A stretch of 64,000 nucleotides of DNA from Marsupella aquatica (taxonomy: Eukaryota; Plantae; Marchantiophyta), in contig OZ316897.1 in assembly GCA_973895155.1 (NCBI GenBank), forward strand, positions 10,563,832 through 10,627,831, read 5' to 3'. Of this stretch, positions 1-11,021 are shown in pieces. Positions within the stretch are counted from its first letter, which is position 1; each line of letters starts with the position of its first letter. A program made the position numbers and the translations under genes. Below the pieces are notes generated by a model that ran no database searches, was not told the DNA's origin, and was given only the letters and a program-made list of their open reading frames with translations.

Positions 1-499
1 TAGTGCTTCCTGAAAAGGAAAGGATAATCCTTCCCGTACAGGATGAAGGCTCCAAATCGATTACGAGATCCAGACGCCGGACTGTACGAGGGATGAGTAA
101 TTTCACCTTCAAAAGCCCATCTCAGAGTAGAGTCGATTAGTAGCTAGTAAGTACGGACCAAGTATTAACCAAGCCTTTCCCTGAAGGAAAACGCATGAGT
201 ACCCCGTCACTTCTACAAACCCGGCTCCAAGATTCATCCACGCAAGACATACACCATTGCTGTACAATCCGAGGAATGAAAGTCTCACAGAGATGGAGAG
301 GCAACTGAAAATGAAGCGGGAGAGAGGGAAATGATCGAGAAAACAGAAAGGTCATCAGGAGAGACCCCCGGACATGACTGAGAAATGTACAAAGAACTTC
401 ATCGCGAGAGTAAATAAAGATGAAGTAGGCAACGCAATATATTCGAATATCCATTGGAACAATTCAGGAGCCACAGAGCGTTGGGATGCAATTACATAC

Positions 500-835
500 C
501 ATTACAGAGAAGCCAGAAACTACAGCGAAGGAATTGGCCAACGAGACGCTGGAAAGCTCGACCTCACCCAAGTGACCCACGAACATGATGGAGATGACGA
601 CGAGAGAGTACGATAGAACGTTGGCAACTATAATCGGCCAGGCCAGACCACATTGCAACTTGACTTCCGCGAGCACTCTGCTACCTCCTTCACCTCCTCG
701 TCGACTTTCACCGGTTTTCCCAACTATGCCTCCAGAACCGTTCCGACCTTCAATTGCTCTCGAATTGCCCTCCCTCTCCTGGACCGCTCCATTGAATTTG
801 GGCGATCCATTCTGTGCTCCCTGTCCCGCAGCCAT
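500..835 (-). CDS. MATE (DTX) family transporter, exon 1; downstream exons not identified in this window
   Basis: The translation EVKLQCGLAWPIIVANVLSYSLVVISIMFVGHLGEVELSSVSLANSFAVVSGFSVM matches the plant MATE N-terminus. It ends at a canonical donor (ATG|GTATGT, GT at 499-498), at the usual first-intron position. Confidence 0.9.
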
Positions 836-1272
836 GTTTTTCCAGCAACTCGAGACTGCGGACCTGGAATGTTTCCACCGACGCTAACCCCAGCTGCAAG
901 CTGACTAACAAACTGTCCAACCTTTCGCCAACTGTTCGAGCTCTTCTGCGAATCTGTTCAAACTGTTCATTAGATTTCACCACCAACGTCTCAAAATTTG
1001 TTGCTCTGCTAGATACACCTGATAACAATCTGATTATGAGTACACGTGCGTTCAATCTGATAACAATCTGACTAGACGGAGACCAAAATATTAACGAAAT
1101 TTCATGAACAGTTGCACCTTCAAAAGCCCGTCTCAAGATAAAGATGAGTATTAGCTACAGTCGCATGCTAATAACAGTAAGCTATTGAGCTGGCCACGTC
1201 AGACAGCACGTGGTATTGTATAAAATTCGTGACCAATTTGCACAAAAACCTGCACACAATTCAACGAATACC

Positions 1273-1429
1273 CAAGAAAAGACTTAACAGGACCCCTCTG
1301 CCAGTCTGCCATGAAGACTTAACAGACCCCTGTGACTGCCCATCTTGCCCAGGTCTTCATTGCATCTTACTCACAAGGGTCTGGTTAAGTCCAGGAGATG
1401 CCAGAAGGGTCCTGTTAAGTCTTTTCTTG
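1273..1429. mobile_element. Mutator-like MITE, copy 1
   Basis: TIR CAAGAAAAGACTTAACAGGACCC...GGGTCCTGTTAAGTCTTTTCTTG; 9-bp TSD ACGAATACC/ACGAATATC (1 mismatch); second family member at 60495-60680. Confidence 0.85.
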
Positions 1430-2039
1430 ACGAATATCGCCTCCTCATCCGTGTTGAGAGACGTGTCTTGACCGTCTAAGTTTGCTCGATTGATAGCCAA
1501 CAGCAACTAGGAACGCGGAAAGTTCCGAGTGATCTCCATTAAACCCCGCCTTCCCATCATCACGGAGAGATTGAAGAGGACCCACCACAAGTTTGAACAG
1601 AAACGCCAGAGCTACAAATTATCCATCAATCCCATCAGCTTCATGAAGGTTTGGGCTTAGCTGGTTCTGACCACAAGAATAGTTCACGAGAATTTGCTGC
1701 CAAGCATTGGAGGTCCATGTGCGATTTGTTACTACTGAGACATTATTATACAGATTCGAATGGTCGAGCGTCGAACTCACTTTTCGGACTAGCTTTTGAT
1801 CTCATCAAGCTTTCAGCACGGTCATCAAAAGGAGGATTGGTTGATGTGAAATGCGAAGGCCCTCGAGACCTTTCCTTCTCCATCCCCCATTGCTCTGCGA
1901 GGACGTACGTTCACGAAAGAATTCAGGTGGCACAACTCTTCAGTCCTCTGTCATCTCTTGCGTAAGAAAACCAGGATGTGGTCTGTCATCTCTTGCGTAA
2001 GAACACCTGTTACGACATGTTTACTTTGGTTTCAGATGG

Positions 2040-2210
2040 AGATATATATCGGATGAACCCCTAAATTGAAAACTGTTACTTGATGGACTTGTGAGGCCCC
2101 ATGAAGTTTTGAGTAAGTTATTTGAGGTCCATAGAAGGTGGATCGATCACTCATGGGGTCCCTCAAGCTAGTAACACTTTTCATTTTGAGGGTCTAGAGA
2201 GTACATCTCT
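2040..2210. mobile_element. Degenerate MITE-like fold-back element
   Basis: Imperfect inverted ends (CCCCTAAATTGAAAACTGTTAC ... GTAACACTTTTCATTTTGAGGG); internal sequence related to the array at 3395-3740. Confidence 0.5.
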
Positions 2211-3394
2211 TGTTTCAGATCTCTCAATCCCCACAACTTGCGGTTAATGACATTGGTAGGAACTCATTCAGGCTTGTTGGAAGAGCAATGGCTTGATGGC
2301 TTTGCTATTTGATGTTTGGTTAAGTTGAATTTCAATTATTATATTACCTTGGTTGGAAAGCCTACCAGGTTACTTTGTCTCATGGATACTTCTGTTCTGT
2401 AGTTTCGTTTGAATGTGCCCTAGATAAATTGTTTCTGCCCACTCTTCATGTTTTCAATTTTCTTTTTCTAGATCCCCTCTTTATGTCTCTATTTTCTTTT
2501 CAATCTTGCCCCTCCTTTGATAGAATAGGTTATTTATATCCTTATAATCAATTTATATTAAATTACCACTTTAAACATGAGGTATATGCAAACCCTAAGC
2601 TATTTCATCAAAAGAGTATGAGAAAAACTATAAAAGATGAAGCCAACCCCAGCCCCTTTTCTAACAACTCATAATTTTGTTTCCTAAGTAAATGCTTCTG
2701 AATGACTTACTTGTCTCTAAGTAAAGTCATTTTGAGTGAAACATGAAAGGCCTACCATTTGTTTTCAAAAGGATTTGCAATCTCCTAGAAACTAAACTGG
2801 GCAGTGTGTGTTCTACAATGACACGTGGGATAAAATGTGGTCAACTCTAGTTTGTAAGACCATGAAGAAGTGCCAAGAGTGGGATACAAGTGGGGTCATC
2901 ACTTTGTGCAACCATGAAGGAGTGAGGAAAGTGGGATAAAAGGGGTCAACAATTGTAAGAGCATGGGAGGTGAAGAGAGGGCTCACATACCAAGTCACCC
3001 AAAACTGATTTATTTCCTTGGAATGGTTTCTCTTTTATATAGTTTAACCTTGAAAACCCCATGGGAAGGGGGGACAAGCAGCCCAAAACAGAGGCCACAA
3101 GGAACACAACACAGCACAGCCCCTGCCAGGGCCACCAAAACTAAAACTAACTTTATTTAATACCAAATCACCCAAAACTAATTTATTCTTCTGTAAGGTG
3201 ATTCAGAAAAAGTTCATCTCAAGGCTCAAGAAAGAAATGTTCACTCAGGAACCATGTCAAGTGACATGTTCCACGTTTACTTCTCAATGGCCCAGATTAG
3301 ATCCCAGGAGCTTTTTGGGGTAGAGGTGTGAGGCTGTGTACGTAATAGGCCCTTTTAGTCTTTTCTGACCGCCGCAGTTTCAGACCTTATAGTT

Positions 3395-3740
3395 ATTTGA
3401 TGAACCCCATGACATCCATAAGATTTTGAGTATGCTGATATAAGGTCCATCTACTGTCTGGATCACTCATGGGGTCCATCAAGTAACACTTTGCATTTTG
3501 GGGCGCATATAATTATCTCTCCCAATCTACCCCATGCATGAGTTTTAGGTAGAACATCTATGGATGATATGGATCACAATTATGGTGTCCATCAATCAAC
3601 AACATTTCATTTTGGGGGTCCATATATCTCTCCCCAACCTACCCCATGAGATTTTGGGTAGGGGGATTTAAAGTATATCAATGATATGGTTCGCAGTCAT
3701 GGGGTCCATCAATCAACAATTTTCATTTTGGGGGTCTATA
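3395..3740. repeat. Degenerate tandem array, ~3 units of ~115 bp, related to 2040-2210
   Basis: Recurring CATGGGGTCCATCAA..CATTTTGGGGG and CCCCATG..AGATTTT motifs. Confidence 0.65.
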
Positions 3741-4774
3741 AAGTAAAAATCTCGTGCTCCCTGGTCAAGTTCTATGGAGAGGAGTATCAGATCAGAGAAC
3801 ACTATGATATGTGATCTTGTTCTTCCTTTCTCATGGTCTATTTAAGAAATGTCAATTTGGCATAAGCTATATTATGCAATCCCGTTCTGTGTGTCTCTTG
3901 GCTGATCTATGAAAAGTAATTTTGGAGGGAAGACTCCCAGCCTGTTTAAAACTGTCTACATTTCTTCCTAGCCATGGGATGGGCTTAAAGGCCGGTGCCA
4001 ATCTACACCTTTTCATTCCCAACCTGTCCCTCTCGTTGCAACTCCAATGCTTCTTGAAATCTAGTTGCCAGACCTAATTGCCAACTGTCGGGGAATTCTG
4101 ACTGCCTGGTCATATCATTATGCTAGTAGTTAATGATATTGCAAACATAATCACCAATACAGTAGTTATGTTTGACCTTACCAACTATGATAGCTATCCT
4201 ATTTGACCCAAAGGTTATGATAGACTGTATGTAGTCAAGATTGGTATCAATTGAGTGATGTGATGACTATGTGAGAGTTAAGATCAATTAGTTTGGATCT
4301 GTTGTGCTAATTACGGGTCTAGTTAGAGACTCTTGTAATTCTGAAAATTCAGGGAAAAATCCATGTCATCTCATAAATTCTTAACCATTGGATCTATGTA
4401 ATTGGACCATCTAGATTCTTATCATGTGGGAACACATGTGGGACAAAAATGGGAACTAATGTAATTAGATAATGTCCATGCATTCATGTCGTGCCAAAAT
4501 AGATGCATGTCTCCCATTTTGCTTAACCATACCATGCCAAAGTGAATGAGTGCAATTAACTTTCCCCCCATTCCACGCCTCCACATCTATTCTCCACCAA
4601 ATCATCATCATCAAACACTACAGTACAAGTTCCCCCCCCCCCCTAAATCCCCCTTTTTTGTTTAACTTTTGTCCTTTATAAAATGAGGAAGGAGTGTGGG
4701 TAAATCGTAGCACTTCATCAAAACATAAACTTTTTTGGTGCCATCAGATCCACCGAGACACTCCTCCCACTACA

Positions 4775-5030
4775 CGATGATTGGATATTATGCACAACTA
4801 CCTCAATATCAATCACCCATTTACAATGTTATATAATCCCTATAATCAACCATTAAAGGGCTCTATAAAAATATTTGAAGTTTTGGATGATTGGACATTA
4901 TTTGACAATATTTGGGAAGTTTTGGTTGATTGGTATTGAGCTAGTTTTGCATAATATCCAATCACCCAAACTTCAAATATTTTTGTAGAGCCCTTGCTGG
5001 TTACTTATAGGGATTATATAACATTGTAAA
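4775..5030. repeat. Fold-back inverted repeat (MITE-like)
   Basis: TTTACAATGTTATATAATCCCTATAA...AAGGGCTCTATAAAAATATTTGAAGTTT is mirrored by AAACTTCAAATATTTTTGTAGAGCCCTT...TTATAGGGATTATATAACATTGTAAA. Confidence 0.75.
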
Positions 5031-6402
5031 AAAAAAAACTCAACTAAGATTTCCCCCCAAGTCCTTGCAACACTTAATTGTTCCCATTTCTTAATAAAAA
5101 TGGGGAATGAAGAAAAATAGTGTTGAACTTGATGGCAAGCTCAAAAATTCCAAGATGAGTGAGAGAAAAAAGGGAAACAAAAAAAAAAAACTACTATTAT
5201 TGATTTGAGAATTTCATCTCAACTTGAACTATTGAAAATTGCATAATCTAAATATATACTTTGCCAGTTTTCTTGTCATCTTCTTCCATTGTTGATTAAG
5301 GAAACTAGCTATAGTTAGCTTGAAATATTTTGAATGTCTTGAACATCTAACCTGGTTTTTCCATTGGATTGTCGTCCATGTCCTCTACTGTAAGTGCAAC
5401 ACCCTTTCCAACCCTTGACAGTGGATTGGGTCTCTTACTTTGCCCCACTCCACCCCTCCTGATTTGAGTCCTGGTTGGCTGGCCCACTCCCGTTCGCTGT
5501 TCAAGGGAGGGAGAGCGTATCGGCTAACTTGAGGATGGTGACAAACATCCCATTATAAGAAACTCACAAGATGTTCACCATTGGATGATTCCAAACTAGC
5601 CAGGTTCCTTTGCTTAATCAACAGTGGAAAATGGGTTGGAATGTCATTATTTAACACAAAATAGTGATCGACAAAGTATCCAATTCTATCATTCCTTTTG
5701 GTGTCCCTCAAGCTTGTATTTGACCTAAGGCTGTAGTACGCAACAAGAGCATACAAGAACCTTCAAATCAAGTTAGACTTATTCAGAGTATTTGTAGTAG
5801 TGCAATCCATGCATTGACTAGATAAGTCCAAATATAAATACAAATTCTTCCACAAAGACACAAATAAAGCTTCTTCCACTTAGAAGGCAGTTGTGTCCCA
5901 ATTTGTGACTATCTCTGGAAAACTAATCAATGGTTAGCTTTGCATTGTTTTATTCCCGACTTTGACCTTCATTGATACTAAGATTTTAACAAAGTATACC
6001 AGCATTGAAGTGAATACAAACAAAGCTTCCTCTCGGGCTTCTTGAGGCATGTGTGTATGAAAAAATTACAATTAATATGTTAGCTGGCTTGAAGTAACAA
6101 CCTTTTTGAACTTCCTTGTGTGCAACTCTTCTGAACTTTCATGTGAGAACTCTAAGCGGATTGTAGGAGTGTGATTCCCCACCAATCAAGCAAAACTTGC
6201 TTGTGCACCAAAGATGACTAAGCCAACTTTATCATTGAGATCATGTTTGTGCTTTTTAAATTTACAATCAATGCTGACATACTTTGTTAAAATCTTAGTA
6301 CCCTAACAGATCCAAGCTGACCTCAAAATTTAAAACAACTTTGCCCAATTTTAATTTCATTTCTATTAATAAAAATGGAACAAATTTCCTAATTTTTTGG
6401 CA

Positions 6403-6510
6403 CCAAACAAATTTTGCCTTTCGGTAGAGTCCAATTGATAGGAAAATGGTTGTTTGGCAACAAACAAATTTTGCCTTTTCGTAGAGTCCAATTGATAGAA
6501 AAATGGTTGG
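6403..6510. repeat. Tandem duplication, two ~57-bp units
   Basis: CAAACAAATTTTGCCTTT..GTAGAGTCCAATTGATAG.AAAATGGTTG occurs twice. Confidence 0.85.
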
Positions 6511-7499
6511 AAATTAAAGCTCATTGTTACGAACACATCCCAACTAGACCCACATACTAGTTGTATTTAAAACGGTACAACGGTTCTGTATATGGATGAC
6601 AAAATCACCAATGTAACAGGGGGACTATATATGAGAACCAGGACATTCATAAATATAATAAGAAAATTTGCCATTGGAAGATGTTCTAATTGGTAATAGT
6701 GTCACTATTGTTTTTCATTTACAGATATATAGTTCTGTGCATGGATGACAAATTCACCAGCCTAACCAGGGGAACTATATAAAAAACAATTGTGGCATAT
6801 TAATTTACAAACACAATAAAAAAAGGGTTGCAGGATTGTAAATAGTGGCAATGTACTTAGTGTCAATCTTATTTAAAAAGCGCAACAGAAACTAGAGTTG
6901 GGGTCTACACTTCCAGAGAATGTAACACGACAAAACTAATGAGTACAACTCTATATAAAGACAAAACTAATATAGAAAAAAATGAAAGTGAAATGTATAC
7001 CAAGAACACTCATGGACCAAAGGTGAAAGGGAATAACATAAATTCTTGGCCAGCTTTTGTCTTTATTTTTGTTAACATTCAAAGAATGGGCATTCACACT
7101 AGTGTACTTAAAAGCTGTACATTTAGAGTTGCAGACGGTGAATCCTTTTTGCCGGGATTTTGGTCGAGGATTGGGTTGTTCAGATCTTGGGTTTGGTTGG
7201 ATCTCTTCCTGTTCTTTGGGCTGAGTCAGCCCTCTTTGCAGTGTTTTATGTCGCTGTTGGTGGGTGATGTTTTGCCACTTTCGCTTCCCCGTTTTTGCCT
7301 TGGTCCACAGGATTGGACTTCTTTGGTCCGTTGGCCCTTGACCAGTTGTGATCTGGTCTGTTATTCCTTGTTTGATTGGATTTTGCATCTCCTATACATA
7401 AAATACTGCTTTGAAAGGGGCACAAAAAGGGGCACCAAAAGGGGCACCAAAAAACTATATCTGATGAGAAATATGGGAAAACAAGAGTGCCATCTGATT

Positions 7500-7925
7500 G
7501 GTCTACTTCACAGGCCGTCACTCTCATACCTTCAACAACTTCTCCGGTACCAAGATTCCTTTGGATACCCGAATCGTGCGCTCTCGAATTGTACAGACCT
7601 CGAAATCATCGCCACCAGCTCGACTGAGCCCCCTCCCTCCGAGCTGGCTTGCGAAGCTCCACTCGACTGCAAGTTTTCTTGACCTGGATGAATTTGCTTC
7701 ATGGGCCGATTCCGAACGAAGCTTTGACAATAATGTTGGGCTTTCTGAAACCCCAACGAGCCCGAAGGATCGGATAGTGTGGACTCAGACAGAATTCTGT
7801 GTCAACTTACTCGTCACATTTGCAAGAACTGGATTTGTCTTCCAACACAATCATTACTGGTCTACTTCTATCGACCTTCGAACGTTTTTCACATCTGGTG
7901 CGACTTTGCCTCTAAATCTGGTCCA
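7500..7925 (+). pseudogene. Decayed extracellular-LRR receptor-like gene remnant (5' part)
   Basis: Frameshifted plant LRR fragments: NNFSGTKIP, ALSNCTDLE, PSWLAKL..FLDL, LQELDLSSNTIITGLLLSTFERFSHL. Confidence 0.65.
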
Positions 7926-8080
7926 TGAGCAGACGGGGAGTGCGTTGCAGATGACCATCCGCTTTCTCGGCACAGGGAAGCATTTCCTATACTAGGATCA
8001 AGCTCTGCACCAATCTTAAGGATTAAAGAAAGTTGGAAGGTTGCTGACTGACTGACTTACGTACAGGGTAGGAGGAAAGA

Positions 8081-9334
8081 ATGGCGTGGAGGAGAGCTTT
8101 GAGCAGACTCTCTTTCTTGCGCATTGCCGAAGCAGCACCAATTGTTTCGGGTGCTGTCTCTGCCCCTCCAACAGTCTTGTGGAGCCGGATTTGCTGGTCA
8201 CCTGTGACCACTTCCACAGCTGCTCGAGAGCCGGCTGCCAGTGCTGCTGCTGCAGTAGAAGAATCCGTGTCAAGCGACTCAGCTTCTTCAGGTGGTTTTG
8301 CTGCTGCTGCGCTTCAATACCATTCTTCGGCTGCCAGCGTTGCAGCGGAGGCCGCCATTCGAGATGGCCCCAGGAACGACTGGAAGCGAGAGGACATTCA
8401 GTCCGTCTACGACTCGCCGCTCATGGATCTCCTCTTCCACGGTGCGCAAGTGCACAGGCACGCTCATCGCTTCAGAGAAGTGCAGCAGTGCACTCTGCTG
8501 TCGATCAAAACGGGCGGATGCTCCGAAGATTGCGCTTACTGTCCCCAGTCGTCGCGCTACGATACCGAGGTCAAATCCCAGAAGATGCTCGGCAATGATG
8601 TCGTCCTGGAAGCTGCTGAGAAAGCTAAGGAGGCGGGGAGCACGAGATTCTGCATGGGGGCGGCTTGGAGGGACACCGTGGGAAGAAATACTAATTTCAG
8701 TCAGGTTTTGGGCTACGTGAAGCAAATTCGAGGAATGGGTATGGAGGTGTGCTGCACTTTGGGAATGTTGGAGGAGAAGCAGGCACAGCAATTGAAGGAT
8801 GCTGGACTTACGGCGTACAATCACAACTTGGATACATCAAGGGAGTATTACCCAAAGATCATAACTTCTAGAAGTTATGATGAACGCCTCAAGACCCTGG
8901 AGTTGGTGCGTGAAGCAGGTATCAGTGTTTGCTCAGGCGGAATAATTGGAATGGGGGAGGCTGCCGAGGATAGGGTGGGCCTGCTGCATACTTTGGCCAC
9001 ACTTCCAGAGCATCCTGAGAGTGTACCTGTGAATGCCCTTCTAGCTGTGAAAGGGACTCCATTGGAGAAACAAAAACCAGTAGAAATTTGGGAGATGATT
9101 CGGATGATTGCAACCGCACGGATTGTGATGCCCAATGCTATGGTTCGGTTGTCTGCCGGTCGTGTCAACTTCTCACAGCCGGAGCAGGCATTGTGTTTCT
9201 TAGCAGGTGCCAACTCCATCTTTACCGGTGAGAAGCTTCTTACCACACCGAATAACAACTCTGATGCAGATCAGCAAATGTTTGAGATCCTTGGTCTGAT
9301 TCCAAAGGCTCCCAATTTTGAGCAAGGGAAGTGA
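8081..9334 (+). CDS. BIO2: Biotin synthase (radical SAM), intronless, with a mitochondrial-type presequence
   Basis: 417-aa ORF with LLSIKTGGCSEDCAYCPQS (CxxxCxxC), RFCMGAAWR, YNHNLDTS, HPESVPVN, RLSAGR and AGANSIFTGEKLLTT; Arg/Ser/Ala-rich N-terminus. Confidence 0.97.
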   Translation: MAWRRALSRLSFLRIAEAAPIVSGAVSAPPTVLWSRICWSPVTTSTAAREPAASAAAAVEESVSSDSASSGGFAAAALQYHSSAASVAAEAAIRDGPRNDWKREDIQSVYDSPLMDLLFHGAQVHRHAHRFREVQQCTLLSIKTGGCSEDCAYCPQSSRYDTEVKSQKMLGNDVVLEAAEKAKEAGSTRFCMGAAWRDTVGRNTNFSQVLGYVKQIRGMGMEVCCTLGMLEEKQAQQLKDAGLTAYNHNLDTSREYYPKIITSRSYDERLKTLELVREAGISVCSGGIIGMGEAAEDRVGLLHTLATLPEHPESVPVNALLAVKGTPLEKQKPVEIWEMIRMIATARIVMPNAMVRLSAGRVNFSQPEQALCFLAGANSIFTGEKLLTTPNNNSDADQQMFEILGLIPKAPNFEQGK

Positions 9335-9499
9335 AGGGAAGGGGAATACTTCGTGAATCAAGCTCTAAAAAAAATTAATAGCTGTCGATGTAGATAGATG
9401 AGCTGAAAATGTATGGAGACTCTTGGTATAACTGCAAAAGCTCCCAATTTGGAGCAAGGGAAATCAATGGGGACGACCACGATTTAATTCAGCTGTTAG

Positions 9500-10460
9500 T
9501 TGGCACTTTTCGTCTTCCAAGATAATAACTGGTACACTTCCGTCGACCTTTGAACGTTTTCCAAATCTGAAGTCTCTAAATCTAGTGAGAAATTACATGA
9601 GGGCGTATCAAAACACTGTTAGATCTGTCAGACAATTTCGCGATTGCACTTCCTGCTGAGCTGAGTGACTTGGTGAGCTTAAGGGACTTCACTCTTGTTC
9701 ATTGGTGATTTAAATACTAGCGTCGGAGATGTCTCGAATTTCAAGAGAGCTGCAGCTTTGGTAAACCATTACTCGGAAAGTACCCCGCCGTCACTCTCAC
9801 AATGCTGGGGTTTTTTGGAATTTTTTGGAGTGCTGAACTTTGACTCCCATGCTTTGATATTCCGTACTTTCCAGTTAGGCTCCTGTCATGCCCCGCAGCT
9901 TCTCAACGAGCGCTAACTGACAATAGGACGTTATGTGCTGTCTAAAGGAACATGATACTATGAAGGAAGTTCAGGATATGAAAAGGCATATGGAGAACAT
10001 GCTCTGAAATCAGGTGCTCCGATACTTGGAGTCAGTGATTTACATGAGACATTATCTAAGTTGTGAGACACAGGTCTGGAGCAAATTCCAGGGGTGAATC
10101 CTGCCCACAGTTTTGAAAATGCATTTCACCTCTCAGGGATATTCATATGTAGAACACACAGACGACGACTTGATTGTGGACGGGTCTTGCTTAGTCGTAA
10201 CAGTAAGGGACGTATTCCTGTCCATTGGGAACCCTACTTGTCGCTTGGCACAGGCTTATGCTCAACGGTTCGGATTTGCATCAATTGTTTCTCCATTCTC
10301 CCCACGCTCATAAACCTCAACCCCCTTCAGAGAGGTTTCGACCTTCTGGTCAGTCTTGAGGCCCATTTTGCTTCTCAGATTCATCTGCTTTGTCTTTCTC
10401 TAAGGACACGTCATGGCACCTTCTTAGGTCAATAAGATTTTGGATCTGTGCACAGCTCCA
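9500..10460 (+). pseudogene. Decayed extracellular-LRR receptor-like gene remnant (3' part)
   Basis: Fragments ITGTLPSTFERFPNLKSLNL, LDLSDNF..LPAELSDLVSLRDF, SRNSKGRIP and LINLNPLQ, broken by stops and frameshifts. Confidence 0.65.
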
Positions 10461-11021
10461 TGACACTTCTATCTCTCGTTTCCCAAAGCTGTTCTTGGAG
10501 TTGACATCACATGCAAAAAGTAGAAGCTTTGGGAAACCAAAAGATCTCTACTAAAGAAATACGAAAAACACTCTTGGCAATCATCAGACAATGCAGCAGA
10601 AGACATCTGCCGTAGCAAATACGATGGGAAAATGTTTGAGACACGATTAATTGGAATTATCTTGGTAGTTCCCTCATAGAATTATCAAGGAACAAAAACT
10701 GGAAATGGTCAATATTTCTATCCCTGAAACGGTCTCCAACTGAACACCTGTCGTAACCCTTCCAAAGTTGCCTTGTGTTTCCGCCTTTAGCCTTGCGGCC
10801 GCACGGCCCGACACATTGGACAGCCTGGCCGAAAATAGGTGGTCCCAAAAGAACAAAAACATGCCTGTCCGTCGGACTCAGCTTGAATGTCCTCTGTACT
10901 ATATCGGAGCAGAATTACTCGAATATGCGAATCCGGGCTGAGGTACTCCACAAAACTTTGTGACTTGAAGATGTTTCTCAAATTTACATTTGTGAACCGC
11001 AAATTAAAAGATGAATGTGCA

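Noticed and set aside
6939-7682. 247-aa ORF upstream of BIO2
   Set aside because: It runs through AT-rich and repeat-derived sequence into an LRR remnant; no coherent domain.
8081-9334. Bacterial bioB by horizontal transfer or contamination
   Set aside because: It has a plant-type targeting presequence and plant BIO2-like sequence, and no bio operon neighbours.
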